A stretch of 64,000 bases of DNA from the human T2T-CHM13v2.0 reference genome, Homo sapiens. Location: assembly GCF_009914755.1 (NCBI RefSeq), contig NC_060931.1. One strand, written 5' to 3'. Positions 1 to 14,100 of the stretch are shown one piece after another; within the stretch, counting starts at the first letter, position 1, and every line of letters starts with the position of its first letter. The translations under genes were made by a program, and so were the position numbers. Under the pieces are notes generated by a model. The model was given only the letters and a program-made list of their open reading frames with translations, was not told the DNA's origin and did not search any database.

Positions 1-35
1 ATGTCTGCAAGTGGATATTTGGACCTCTTTGAGGC

Positions 36-52
36 CTTCGTTGCAAACGGGG
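36..52 (+). promoter_or_regulatory. CENP-B box paralogue 1 (variant CTTCGTTGCAAACGGGG), once per HOR
   Basis: Matches the core NTTCGNNNNANNCGGGN and differs from the canonical box only at non-core positions 9 and 17. Recurs at 1058, 2080 ... 63936. Confidence 0.93.
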
Positions 53-377
53 TTTCTTCCTTTCATGCTAGACTAAGAAGAGTTCTCAGTAACTTTTTTG
101 TGTTGTGTGTATTCAACTCACAGAGTTGAACCTTGCTTTAGAGAGAGCAGATTTGAAAAACTCTTGTTGTGGCATTTTCAGGTGGAGATTTCAAGCGATT
201 TGAGGACAATTGCAGAAAAGGAAATATCTTCGTATAATAACCAGACAGAATCATTCTCAGAAAGTGCTTTGTGATGTGTGCGTTCAACTCACAGAGTTTA
301 ACCTTTCTTTTCATAGAGGAGTTTGGAAACACACTGTTTGTAAAGTCTGCAAGTGGATACATGGACCTGTTTGAGGC

Positions 378-394
378 CTTCGTTGGAAACGGGA
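378..394 (+). promoter_or_regulatory. CENP-B box paralogue 2 (canonical CTTCGTTGGAAACGGGA), once per HOR
   Basis: Exact 17-bp canonical box, 342 bp after paralogue 1. Confidence 0.97.
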
Positions 395-717
395 TTTCTT
401 CATTGAATGCTAGACGGAAGAATTCTCAGTAAATTCTTTGTGTTGTGTGCATTCAACTCACAGAGTGGAACGTCCCTTTAGACACAGCAGATTTGAAACA
501 CTCTTTTTGCGGAATTTGCAAGTGGAGATTTCTAGCCATTTGATGCCAACAGTAGAAAGGGAAATATCTTCAAATAAAAACCAGACAGAATCATTCTCAG
601 AAAATTCTTTGTGATGTGTGCGTTCAACTCACATAGTTTAACCTTTCTTTTCATAGAGCAGTTTGGAAACACTCTGTTTGTAAAGTCTGCAAGTGGATAT
701 ATGGACCTCATTGAGGC

Positions 718-734
718 CTTCGTTGGAAACGGGA
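718..734 (+). promoter_or_regulatory. CENP-B box paralogue 3 (canonical CTTCGTTGGAAACGGGA), once per HOR
   Basis: Exact 17-bp canonical box, 340 bp after paralogue 2 and 340 bp before the next paralogue 1 (1058). Confidence 0.97.
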
Positions 735-3700
735 TTTCTTCATTTCATGCTAGACAGAAGAATTCTCAGTAACTTCTTTGTGCTGTGTGTATTCAACTCA
801 CAGAGTGGAACGTCCCTTTGCACAGAGGAGATTTGAAACACTCTTTTTGTGGAGTTTGCAAGTGGAGATTTCAAGCGATTTGATGCCAACAGTAGAAAAG
901 GAAATATCTTCAAATAAAAACTAGACAGAATCATTCTCAGAAACTACTTTGTGATGTGTGCCTTCAACTCACAGAGTTTAACCTTTCTTTTCTTAGAGCA
1001 GTTTAGAAACACTCTGCTTGTTATGTCTGCAAGTGGATATTTGGACCTCTTTGAGGCCTTCGTTGCAAACGGGGTTTCTTCCTTTCATGCTAGACTAAGA
1101 AGAGTTCTCAGTAACTTTTTTGTGTTGTGTGTATTCAACTCACAGAGTTGAACCTTGCTTTAGAGAGAGCAGATTTGAAACACTCTTGCTGTGGCATTTT
1201 CAGGTGGAGATTTCAAGCGATTTGAGGACAATTGCAGAAAAGGAAATATCTTCGTATAATAACCAGACAGAATCATTCTCAGAAAGTGCTTTGTGATGTG
1301 TGCGTTCAACTCACAGAGTTTAACCTTTCTTTTCATAGAGGAGTTTGGAAACACACTGTTTGTAAAGTCTGCAAGTGGATATATGGACCTGTTTGAGGCC
1401 TTCGTTGGAAACGGGATTTCTTCATTGAATGCTAGACGGAAGAATTCTCAGTAAATTCTTTGTGTTGTGTGCATTCAACTCACAGAGTGGAACGTCCCTT
1501 TAGACAGAGCAGATTTGAAACACTCTTTTTGCGGAATTTGCAAGTGGAGATTTCTAGCCATTTGATGCCAACAGTAGAAAGGGAAATATCTTCAAATAAA
1601 AACCAGACAGAATCATTCTCAGAAAATTCTTTGTGATGTGTGCGTTCAACTCACATAGTTTAACCTTTCTTTTCATAGAGCAGTTTGGAAACACTCTGTT
1701 TGTAAAGTCTGCAAGTGGATATATGGACCGCATTGAGGCCTTCGTTGGAAACGGGATTTCTTCATTTCATGCTAGACAGAAGAATTCTCAGTAACTTCTT
1801 TGTGCTGTGTGTATTCAACTCACAGAGTGGAACGTCCCTTTGCACAGAGCAGATTTGAAACACTCTTTTTGTGGAGTTTGCAAGTGGAGATTTCAAGCGA
1901 TTTGATGCCAACAGTAGAAAAGGAAATATCTTCAAATAAAAACTAGACAGAATCATTCTCAGAAACTACTTTGTGATGTGTGCCTTCAACTCACAGAGTT
2001 CAACCTTTCTTTTCTTAGAGCAGTTTAGAAACACTCTGCTTGTTATGTCTGCAAGTGGATATTTGGACCTCTTTGAGGCCTTCGTTGCAAACGGGGTTTC
2101 TTCCTTTCATGCTAGACTAAGAAGAGTTCTCAGTAACTTTTTTGTGTTGTGTGTATTCAACTCACAGAGTTGAACCTTGCTTTAGAGAGAGCAGATTTGA
2201 AACACTCTTGCTGTGGCATTTTCAGGTGGAGATTTCAAGCGATTTGAGGACAATTGCAGAAAAGGAAATATCTTCGTATAATAACCAGACAGAATCATTC
2301 TCAGAAAGTGCTTTGTGATGTGTGCGTTCAACTCACAGAGTTTAACCTTTCTTTTCATAGAGGAGTTTGGAAACACACTGTTTGTAAAGTCTGCAAGTGG
2401 ATATATGGACCTGTTTGAGGCCTTCGTTGGAAACGGGATTTCTTCATTGAATGCTAGACGGAAGAATTCTCAGTAAATTCTTTGTGTTGTGTGCATTCAA
2501 CTCACAGAGTGGAACGTCCCTTTAGACAGAGCAGATTTGAAACACTCTTTTTGCGGAATTTGCAAGTGGAGATTTCTAGCCATTTGATGCCAACAGTAGA
2601 AAGGGAAATATCTTCAAATAAAAACCAGACAGAATCATTCTCAGAAAATTCTTTGTGATGTGTGCGTTCAACTCACATAGTTTAACCTTTCTTTTCATAG
2701 AGCAGTTTGGAAACACTCTGTTTGTAAAGTCTGCAAGTGGATATATGGACCGCATTGAGGCCTTCGTTGGAAACGGGATTTCTTCATTTCATGCTAGACA
2801 GAAGAATTCTCAGTAACTTCTTTGTGCTGTGTGTATTCAACTCACAGAGTGGAACGTCCCTTTGCACAGAGCAGATTTGAAACACTCTTTTTGTGGAGTT
2901 TGCCAGTGGAGATTTCAAGCGATTTGATGCCAACAGTAGAAAAGGAAATATCTTCAAATAAAAACTAGACAGAATCATTCTCAGAAACTACTTTGTGATG
3001 TGTGCCTTCAACTCACAGAGTTCAACCTTTCTTTTCTTAGAGCAGTTTAGAAACACTCTGCTTGTTATGTCTGCAAGTGGATATTTGGACCTCTTTGAGG
3101 CCTTCGTTGCAAACGGGGTTTCTTCCTTTCATGCTAGACTAAGAAGAGTTCTCAGTAACTTTTTTGTGTTGTGTGTATTCAACTCACAGAGTTGAACCTT
3201 GCTTTAGAGAGAGCAGATTTGAAACACTCTTGTTGTGGCATTTTCAGGTGGAGATTTCAAGCGATTTGAGGACAATTGCAGAAAAGGAAATATCTTCGTA
3301 TAATAACCAGACAGAATCATTCTCAGAAAGTGCTTTGTGATGTGTGCGTTCAACTCACAGAGTTTAACCTTTCTTTTCATAGAGGAGTTTGGAAACACAC
3401 TGTTTGTAAAGTCTGCAAGTGGATACATGGACCTGTTTGAGGCCTTCGTTGGAAACGGGATTTCTTCATTGAATGCTAGACGGAAGAATTCTCAGTAAAT
3501 TCTTTGTGTTGTGTGCATTCAACTCACAGAGTGGAACGTCCCTTTAGACAGAGCAGATTTGAAACACTCTTTTTGCGGAATTTGCAAGTGGAGATTTCTA
3601 GCCATTTGATGCCAACAGTAGAAAGGGAAATATCTTCAAATAAAAACCAGACAGAATCATTCTCAGAAAATTCTTTGTGATGTGTGCGTTCAACTCACAT

Positions 3701-5929
3701 AGTTTAACCTTTCTTTTCATAGAGCAGTTTGGAAACACTCTGTTTGTAAAGTCTGCAAGTGGATATATGGACCGCATTGAGGCCTTCGTTGGAAACGGGA
3801 TTTCTTCATTTCATGCTAGACAGAAGAATTCTCAGTAACTTCTTTGTGCTGTGTGTATTCAACTCACAGAGTGGAACGTCCCTTTGCACAGAGCAGATTT
3901 GAAACACTCTTTTTGTGGAGTTTGCAAGTGGAGATTTCAAGCGATTTGATGCCAACAGTAGAAAAGGAAATATCTTCAAATAAAAACTAGACAGAATCAT
4001 TCTCAGAAACTACTTTGTGATGTGTGCCTTCAACTCACAGAGTTCAACCTTTCTTTTCTTAGAGCAGTTTAGAAACACTCTGCTTGTTATGTCTGCAAGT
4101 GGATATTTGGACCTCTTTGAGGCCTTCGTTGCAAACGGGGTTTCTTCCTTTCATGCTAGACTAAGAAGAGTTCTCAGTAACTTTTTTGTGTTGTGTGTAT
4201 TCAACTCACAGAGTTGAACCTTGCTTTAGAGAGAGCAGATTTGAAACACTCTTGCTGTGGCATTTTCAGGTGGAGATTTCAAGCGATTTGAGGACAATTG
4301 CAGAAAAGGAAATATCTTCGTATAATAACCAGACAGAATCATTCTCAGAAAGTGCTTTGTGATGTGTGCGTTCAACTCACAGAGTTTAACCTTTCTTTTC
4401 ATAGAGGAGTTTGGAAACACACTGTTTGTAAAGTCTGCAAGTGGATACATGGACCTGTTTGAGGCCTTCGTTGGAAACGGGATTTCTTCATGGAATGCTA
4501 GACGGAAGAATTCTCAGTAAATTCTTTGTGTTGTGTGCATTCAACTCACAGAGTGGAACGTCCCTTTAGACAGAGCAGATTTGAAACACTCTTTTTGCGG
4601 AATTTGCAAGTGGAGATTTCTAGCCATTTGATGCCAACAGTAGAAAGGGAAATATCTTCAAATAAAAACCAGACAGAATCATTCTCAGAAAATTCTTTGT
4701 GATGTGTGCGTTCAACTCACATAGTTTAACCTTTCTTTTCATAGAGCAGTTTGGAAACACTCTGTTTGTAAAGTCTGCAAGTGGATATATGGACCGCATT
4801 GAGGCCTTCGTTGGAAACGGGATTTCTTCATTTCATGCTAGACAGAAGAATTCTCAGTAACTTCTTTGTGCTGTGTGTATTCAACTCACAGAGTGGAACG
4901 TCCCTTTGCACAGAGCAGATTTGAAACACTCTTTTTGTGGAGTTTGCAAGTGGAGATTTCAAGCGATTTGATGCCAACAGTAGAAAAGGAAATATCTTCA
5001 AATAAAAACTAGACAGAATCATTCTCAGAAACTACTTTGTGATGTGTGCCTTCAACTCACAGAGTTCAACCTTTCTTTTCTTAGAGCAGTTTAGAAACAC
5101 TCTGCTTGTTATGTCTGCAAGTGGATATTTGGACCTCTTTGAGGCCTTCGTTGCAAACGGGGTTTCTTCCTTTCATGCTAGACTAAGAAGAGTTCTCAGT
5201 AACTTTTTTGTGTTGTGTGTATTCAACTCACAGAGTTGAACCTTGCTTTAGAGAGAGCAGATTTGAAACACTCTTGCTGTGGCATTTTCAGGTGGAGATT
5301 TCAAGCGATTTGAGGACAATTGCAGAAAAGGAAATATCTTCGTATAATAACCAGACAGAATCATTCTCAGAAAGTGCTTTGTGATGTGTGCGTTCAACTC
5401 ACAGAGTTTAACCTTTCTTTTCATAGAGGAGTTTGGAAACACACTGTTTGTAAAGTCTGCAAGTGGATACATGGACCTGTTTGAGGCCTTCGTTGGAAAC
5501 GGGATTTCTTCATTGAATGCTAGACGGAAGAATTCTCAGTAAATTCTTTGTGTTGTGTGCATTCAACTCACAGAGTGGAACGTCCCTTTAGACAGAGCAG
5601 ATTTGAAACACTCTTCTTGCGGAATTTGCAAGTGGAGATTTCTAGCCATTTGATGCCAACAGTAGAAAGGGAAATATCTTCAAATAAAAACCAGACAGAA
5701 TCATTCTCAGAAAATTCTTTGTGATGTGTGCGTTCAACTCACATAGTTTAACCTTTCTTTTCATAGAGCAGTTTGGAAACACTCTGTTTGTAAAGTCTGC
5801 AAGTGGATATATGGACCGCATTGAGGCCTTCGTTGGAAACGGGATTTCTTCATTTCATGCTAGACAGAAGAATTCTCAGTAACTTCTTTGTGCTGTGTGT
5901 ATTCAACTCACAGAGTGGAACGTCCCTTT

Positions 5930-8900
5930 ACACAGAGCAGATTTGAAACACTCTTTTTGTGGAGTTTGCAAGTGGAGATTTCAAGCGATTTGATGCCAAC
6001 AGTAGAAAAGGAAATATCTTCAAATAAAAACTAGACAGAATCATTCTCAGAAACTACTTTGTGATGTGTGCCTTCAACTCACAGAGTTTAACCTTTCTTT
6101 TCTTAGAGCAGTTTAGAAACACTCTGCTTGTTACATCTGCAAGTGGATATTTGGACCTCTTTGAGGCCTTCGTTGCAAACGGGGTTTCTTCCTTTCATGC
6201 TAGACTAAGAAGAGTTCTCAGTAACTTTTTTGTGTTGTGTGTATTCAACTCACAGAGTTGAACCTTGCTTTAGAGAGAGCAGATTTGAAACACTCTTGCT
6301 GTGGCATTTTCAGGTGGAGATTTCAAGCGATTTGAGGACAATTGCAGAAAAGGAAATATCTTCGTATAATAACCAGACAGAATCATTCTCAGAAAGTGCT
6401 TTGTGATGTGTGCGTTCAACTCACAGAGTTTAACCTTTCTTTTCATAGAGGAGTTTGGAAACACACTGTTTGTAAAGTCTGCAAGTGGATACATGGACCT
6501 GTTTGAGGCCTTCGTTGGAAACGGGATTTCTTCATTGAATGCTAGACGGAAGAATTCTCAGTAAATTCTTTGTGTTGTGTGCATTCAACTCACAGAGTGG
6601 AACGTCCCTTTAGACAGAGCAGATTTGAAACACTCTTTTTGCGGAATTTGCAAGTGGAGATTTCTAGCCATTTGATGCCAACAGTAGAAAGGGAAATATC
6701 TTCAAATAAAAACCAGACAGAATCATTCTCAGAAAATTCTTTGTGATGTGTGCGTTCAACTCACATAGTTTAACCTTTCTTTTCATAGAGCAGTTTGGAA
6801 ACACTCTGTTTGTAAAGTCTGCAAGTGGATATATGGACCGCATTGAGGCCTTCGTTGGAAACGGGATTTCTTCATTTCATGCTAGACAGAAGAATTCTCA
6901 GTAACTTCTTTGTGCTGTGTGTATTCAACTCACAGAGTGGAACGTCCCTTTGCACAGAGCAGATTTGAAACACTCTTTTTGTGGAGTTTGCAAGTGGAGA
7001 TTTCAAGCGATTTGATGCCTACAGTAGAAAAGGAAATATCTTCAAATAAAAACTAGACAGAATCATTCTCAGAAACTACTTTGTGATGTGTGCCTTCAAC
7101 TCACAGAGTTTAACCTTTCTTTTCTTAGAGCAGTTTAGAAACACTCTGCTTGTTATGTCTGCAAGTGGATATTTGGACCTCTTTGAGGCCTTCGTTGCAA
7201 ACGGGGTTTCTTCCTTTCATGCTAGACTAAGAAGAGTTCTCAGTAACTTTTTTGTGTTGTGTGTATTCAACTCACAGAGTTGAACCTTGCTTTAGAGAGA
7301 GCAGATTTGAAACACTCTTGCTGTGGCATTTTCAGGTGGAGATTTCAAGCGATTTGAGGACAATTGCAGAAAAGGAAATATCTTCGTATAATAACCAGAC
7401 AGAATCATTCTCAGAAAGTGCTTTGTGATGTGTGCGTTCAACTCACAGAGTTTAACCTTTCTTTTCATAGAGGAGTTTGGAAACACACTGTTTGTAAAGT
7501 CTGCAAGTGGATATATGGACCTGTTTGAGGCCTTCGTTGGAAACGGGATTTCTTCATTGAATGCTAGACGGAAGAATTCTCAGTAAATTCTTTGTGTTGT
7601 GTGCATTCAACTCACAGAGTGGAACGTCCCTTTAGACAGAGCAGATTTGAAACCCTCTTTTTGCGGAATTTGCAAGTGGAGATTTCTAGCCATTTGATGC
7701 CAACAGTAGAAAGGGAAATATCTTCAAATAAAAACCAGACAGAATCATTCTCAGCAAATTCTTTGTGATGTGTGCGTTCAACTCACATAGTTTAACCTTT
7801 CTTTTCATAGAGCAGTTTGGAAACACTCTGTTTGTAAAGTCTGCAAGTGGATATATGGACCGCATTGAGGCCTTCGTTGGAAACGGGATTTCTTCATTTC
7901 ATGCTAGACAGAAGAATTCTCAGTAACTTCTTTGTGCTGTGTGTATTCAACTCACAGAGTGGAACGTCCCTTTGCACAGAGCAGATTTGAAACACTCTTT
8001 TTGTGGAGTTTGCAAGTGGAGATTTCAAGCGATTTGATGCCAACAGTAGAAAAGGAAATATCTTCAAATAAAAACTAGACAGAATCATTCTCAGAAACTA
8101 CCTTGTGATGTGTGCCTTCAACTCACAGAGTTCAACCTTTCTTTTCTTAGAGCAGTTTAGAAACACTCTGCTTGTTATGTCTGCAAGTGGATATTTGGAC
8201 CTCTTTGAGGCCTTCGTTGCAAACGGGGTTTCTTCCTTTCATGCTAGACTAAGAAGAGTTCTCAGTAACTTTTTTGTGTTGTGTGTATTCAACTCACAGA
8301 GTTGAACCTTGCTTTAGAGAGAGCAGATTTGAAACACTCTTGCTGTGGCATTTTCAGGTGGAGATTTCAAGCGATTTGAGGACAATTGCAGAAAAGGAAA
8401 TATCTTCGTATAATAACCAGACAGAATCATTCTCAGAAAGTGCTTTGTGATGTGTGCGTTCAACTCACAGAGTTTAACCTTTCTTTTCATAGAGGAGTTT
8501 GGAAACACACTGTTTGTAAAGTCTGCAAGTGGATATATGGACCTGTTTGAGGCCTTCGTTGGAAACGGGATTTCTTCATTGAATGCTAGACGGAAGAATT
8601 CTCAGTAAATTCTTTGTGTTGTGTGCATTCAACTCACAGAGTGGAACGTCCCTTTAGACAGAGCAGATTTGAAACACTCTTTTTGCGGAATTTGCAAGTG
8701 GAGATTTCTAGCCATTTGATGCCAACAGTAGAAAGGGAAATATCTTCAAATAAAAACCAGACAGAATCATTCTCAGAAAATTCTTTGTGATGTGTGCGTT
8801 CAACTCACATAGTTTAACCTTTCTTTTCATAGAGCAGTTTGGAAACACTCTGTTTGTAAAGTCTGCAAGTGGATATATGGACCGCATTGAGGCCTTCGTT

Positions 8901-11168
8901 GGAAACGGGATTTCTTCATTTCATGCTAGACAGAAGAATTCTCAGTAACTTCTTTGTGCTGTGTGTATTCAACTCACAGAGTGGAACGTCCCTTTACACA
9001 GAGCAGATTTGAAACACTCTTTTTGTGGAGTTTGCAAGTGGAGATTTCAAGCGATTTGATGCCAACAGTAGAAAAGGAAATATCTTCAAATAAAAACTAG
9101 ACAGAATCATTCTCAGAAACTACTTTGTGATGTGTGCCTTCAACTCACAGAGTTTAACCTTTCTTTTCTTAGAGCAGTTTAGAAACACTCTGCTTGTTAC
9201 GTCTGCAAGTGGATATTTGGACCTCTTTGAGGCCTTCGTTGCAAACGGGGTTTCTTCCTTTCATGCTAGACTAAGAAGAGTTCTCAGTAACTTTTTTGTG
9301 TTGTGTGTATTCAACTCACAGAGTTGAACCTTGCTTTAGAGAGAGCAGATTTGAAACACACTTGCTGTGGCATTTTCAGGTGGAGATTTCAAGCGATTTG
9401 AGGACAATTGCAGAAAAGGAAATATCTTCGTATAATAACCAGACAGAATCATTCTCAGAAAGTGCTTTGTGATGTGTGCGTTCAACTCACAGAGTTTAAC
9501 CTTTCTTTTCATAGAGGAGTTTGGAAACACACTGTTTGTAAAGTCTGCAAGTGGATATATGGACCTGTTTGAGGCCTTCGTTGGAAACGGGATTTCTTCA
9601 TTGAATGCTAGACGGAAGAATTCTCAGTAAATTCTTTGTGTTGTGTGCATTCAACTCACAGAGTGGAACGTCCCTTTAGACAGAGCAGATTTGAAACACT
9701 CTTTTTGCGGAATTTGCAAGTGGAGATTTCTAGCCATTTGATGCCAACAGTAGAAAGGGAAATATCTTCAAATAAAAACCAGACAGAATCATTCTCAGAA
9801 AATTCTTTGTGATGTGTGCGTTCAACTCACATAGTTTAACCTTTCTTTTCATAGAGCAGTTTGGAAACACTCTGTTTGTAAAGTCTGCAAGTGGATATAT
9901 GGACCGCATTGAGGCCTTCGTTGGAAACGGGATTTCTTCATTTCATGCTAGACAGAAGAATTCTCAGTAACTTCTTTGTGCTGTGTGTATTCAACTCACA
10001 GAGTGGAACGTCCCTTTGCACAGAGCAGATTTGAAACACTCTTTTTGTGGAGTTTGCAAGTGGAGATTTCAAGCGATTTGATGCCTACAGTAGAAAAGGA
10101 AATATCTTCAAATAAAAACTAGACAGAATCATTCTCAGAAACTACTTTGTGATGTGTGCCTTCAACTCACAGAGTTTAACCTTTCTTTTCTTAGAGCAGT
10201 TTAGAAACACTCTGCTTGTTATGTCTGCAAGTGGATATTTGGACCTCTTTGAGGCCTTCGTTGCAAACGGGGTTTCTTCCTTTCATGCTAGACTAAGAAG
10301 AGTTCTCAGTAACTTTTTTGTGTTGTGTGTATTCAACTCACAGAGTTGAACCTTGCTTTAGAGAGAGCAGATTTGAAACACTCTTGCTGTGGCATTTTCA
10401 GGTGGAGATTTCAAGCGATTTGAGGACAATTGCAGAAAAGGAAATATCTTCGTATAATAACCAGACAGAATCATTCTCAGAAAGTGCTTTGTGATGTGTG
10501 CGTTCAACTCACAGAGTTTAACCTTTCTTTTCATAGAGGAGTTTGGAAACACACTGTTTGTAAAGTCTGCAAGTGGATATATGGACCTGTTTGAGGCCTT
10601 CGTTGGAAACGGGATTTCTTCATTGAATGCTAGACGGAAGAATTCTCAGTAAATTCTTTGTGTTGTGTGCATTCAACTCACAGAGTGGAACGTCCCTTTA
10701 GACAGAGCAGATTTGAAACCCTCTTTTTGCGGAATTTGCAAGTGGAGATTTCTAGCCATTTGATGCCAACAGTAGAAAGGGAAATATCTTCAAATAAAAA
10801 CCAGACAGAATCATTCTCAGCAAATTCTTTGTGATGTGTGCGTTCAACTCACATAGTTTAACCTTTCTTTTCATAGAGCAGTTTGGAAACACTCTGTTTG
10901 TAAAGTCTGCAAGTGGATATATGGACCGCATTGAGGCCTTCGTTGGAAACGGGATTTCTTCATTTCATGCTAGACAGAAGAATTCTCAGTAACTTCTTTG
11001 TGCTGTGTGTATTCAACTCACAGAGTGGAACGTCCCTTTGCACAGAGCAGATTTGAAACACTCTTTTTGTGGAGTTTGCAAGTGGAGATTTCAAGCGATT
11101 TGATGCCAACAGTAGAAAAGGAAATATCTTCAAATAAAAACTAGACAGAATCATTCTCAGAAACTACC
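5930..11168 (+). repeat. 3-HOR (3066 bp) tandem duplication block, span of diagnostic markers
   Basis: Six variants recur at +3066: 5930/8996, 6134/9200, 7020/10086, 7654/10720, 7755/10821, 8102/11168. Confidence 0.85.
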
Positions 11169-14100
11169 TTGTGATGTGTGCCTTCAACTCACAGAGTTCA
11201 ACCTTTCTTTTCTTAGAGCAGTTTAGAAACACTCTGCTTGTTATGTCTGCAAGTGGATATTTGGACCTCTTTGAGGCCTTCGTTGCAAACGGGGTTTCTT
11301 CCTTTCATGCTAGACTAAGAAGAGTTCTCAGTAACTTTTTTGTGTTGTGTGTATTCAACTCACAGAGTTGAACCTTGCTTTAGAGAGAGCAGATTTGAAA
11401 CACTCTTGCTGTGGCATTTTCAGGTGGAGATTTCAAGCGATTTGAGGACAATTGCAGAAAAGGAAATATCTTCGTATAATAACCAGACAGAATCATTCTC
11501 AGAAAGTGCTTTGTGATGTGTGCGTTCAACTCACAGAGTTTAACCTTTCTTTTCATAGAGGAGTTTGGAAACACACTGTTTGTAAAGTCTGCAAGTGGAT
11601 ATATGGACCTGTTTGAGGCCTTCGTTGGAAACGGGATTTCTTCATTGAATGCTAGACGGAAGAATTATCAGTAAATTCTTTGTGTTGTGTGCATTCAACT
11701 CACAGAGTGGAACGTCCCTTTAGACAGAGCAGATTTGAAACACTCTTTTTGCGGAATTTGCAAGTGGAGATTTCTAGCCATTTGATGCCAACAGTAGAAA
11801 GGGAAATATCTTCAAATAAAAACCAGACAGAATCATTCTCAGAAAATTCTTTGTGATGTGTGCGTTCAACTCACATAGTTTAACCTTTCTTTTCATAGAG
11901 CAGTTTGGAAACACTCTGTTTGTAAAGTCTGCAAGTGGATATATGGACCGCATTGAGGCCTTCGTTGGAAACGGGATTTCTTCATTTCATGCTAGACAGA
12001 AGAATTCTCAGTAACTTCTTTGTGCTGTGTGTATTCAACTCACAGAGTGGAACGTCCCTTTGCACAGAGCAGATTTGAAACACTCTTTTTGTGGAGTTTG
12101 CAAGTGGAGATTTCAAGCGATTTGATGCCAACAGTAGAAAAGGAAATATCTTCAAATAAAAACTAGACAGAATCATTCTCAGAAACTACTTTGTGATGTG
12201 TGCCTTCAACTCACAGAGTTCAACCTTTCTTTTCTTAGAGCAGTTTAGAAACACTCTGCTTGTTATGTCTGCAAGTGGATATTTGGACCTCTTTGAGGCC
12301 TTCGTTGCAAACGGGGTTTCTTCCTTTCATGCTAGACTAAGAAGAGTTCTCAGTAACTTTTTTGTGTTGTGTGTATTCAACTCACAGAGTTGAACCTTGC
12401 TTTAGAGAGAGCAGATTTGAAACACTCTTGTTGTGGCATTTTCAGGTGGAGATTTCAAGCGATTTGAGGACAATTGCAGAAAAGGAAATATCTTCGTATA
12501 ATAACCAGACAGAATCATTCTCAGAAAGTGCTTTGTGATGTGTGCGTTCAACTCACAGAGTTTAACCTTTCTTTTCATAGAGGAGTTTGGAAACACACTG
12601 TTTGTAAAGTCTGCAAGTGGATACATGGACCTGTTTGAGGCCTTCGTTGGAAACGGGATTTCTTCATTGAATGCTAGACGGAAGAATTCTCAGTAAATTC
12701 TTTGTGTTGTGTGCATTCAACTCACAGAGTGGAACGTCCCTTTAGACAGAGCAGATTTGAAACACTCTTTTTGCGGAATTTGCAAGTGGAGATTTCTAGC
12801 CATTTGATGCCAACAGTAGAAAGGGAAATATCTTCAAATAAAAACCAGACAGAATCATTCTCAGAAAATTCTTTGTGATGTGTGCGTTCAACTCACATAG
12901 TTTAACCTTTCTTTTCATAGAGCAGTTTGGAAACACTCTGTTTGAAAAGTCTGCAAGTGGATATATGGACCGCATTGAGGCCTTCGTTGGAAACGGGATT
13001 TCTTCATTTCATGCTAGACAGAAGAATTCTCAGTAACTTCTTTGTGCTGTGTGTATTCAACTCACAGAGTGGAACGTCCCTTTACACAGAGCAGATTTGA
13101 AACACTCTTTTTGTGGAGTTTGCAAGTGGAGATTTCAAGCGATTTGATGCCAACAGTAGAAAAGGAAATATCTTCAAATAAAAACTAGACAGAATCATTC
13201 TCAGAAACTACTTTGTGATGTGTGCCTTCAACTCACAGAGTTTAACCTTTCTTTTCTTAGAGCAGTTTAGAAACACTCTGCTTGTTACGTCTGCAAGTGG
13301 ATATTTGGACCTCTTTGAGGCCTTCGTTGCAAACGGGGTTTCTTCCTTTCATGCTAGACTAAGAAGAGTTCTCAGTAACTTTTTTGTGTTGTGTGTATTC
13401 AACTCACAGAGTTGAACCTTGCTTTAGAGAGAGCAGATTTGAAACACTCTTGCTGTGGCATTTTCAGGTGGAGATTTCAAGCGATTTGAGGACAATTGCA
13501 GAAAAGGAAATATCTTCGTATAATAACCAGACAGAATCATTCTCAGAAAGTGCTTTGTGATGTGTGCGTTCAACTCACAGAGTTTAACCTTTCTTTTCAT
13601 AGAGGAGTTTGGAAACACACTGTTTGTAAAGTCTGCAAGTGGATATATGGACCTGTTTGAGGCCTTCGTTGGAAACGGGATTTCTTCATTGAATGCTAGA
13701 CGGAAGAATTCTCAGTAAATTCTTTGTGTTGTGTGCATTCAACTCACAGAGTGGAACGTCCCTTTAGACAGAGCAGATTTGAAACACTCTTTTTGCGGAA
13801 TTTGCAAGTGGAGATTTCTAGCCATTTGATGCCAACAGTAGAAAGGGAAATATCTTCAAATAAAAAACAGACAGAATCATTCTCAGAAAATTCTTTGTGA
13901 TGTGTGCGTTCAACTCACATAGTTTAACCTTTCTTTTCATAGAGCAGTTTGGAAACACTCTGTTTGTAAAGTCTGCAAGTGGATATATGGACCGCATTGA
14001 GGCCTTCGTTGGAAACGGGATTTCTTCATTTCATGCTAGACAGAAGAATTCTCAGTAACTTCTTTGTGCTGTGTGTATTCAACTCACAGAGTGGAACGTC

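Larger units (their letters stand above)
1..1022 (+). repeat. D7Z1: Representative HOR unit; most likely human chromosome 7 active array D7Z1 (S1C7H1L)
   Basis: SF1 6-mer of ~1.02 kb. EcoRI sites at 420 and 760, with the third paralogous site mutated to GAGTTC (80-85), give 340+682 bp fragments. Contains AGCGATTTGAGGACAATTGC, and most copies contain GCTGTGGCATTTTCAGGTGG; I recall both as chr7-specific alphoid strings. Assignment is from memory and needs alignment to confirm. Confidence 0.85.

Noticed and set aside
233-238. TATAAT resembling a bacterial -10 element
   Set aside because: Part of the alphoid monomer in a primate centromere; no promoter context.
1-1022. Alternative assignment to the chr1/5/19 SF1 6-mer array
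   Set aside because: The recalled chr7-diagnostic strings and the 340/682 EcoRI pattern favour D7Z1; not formally excluded without alignment.
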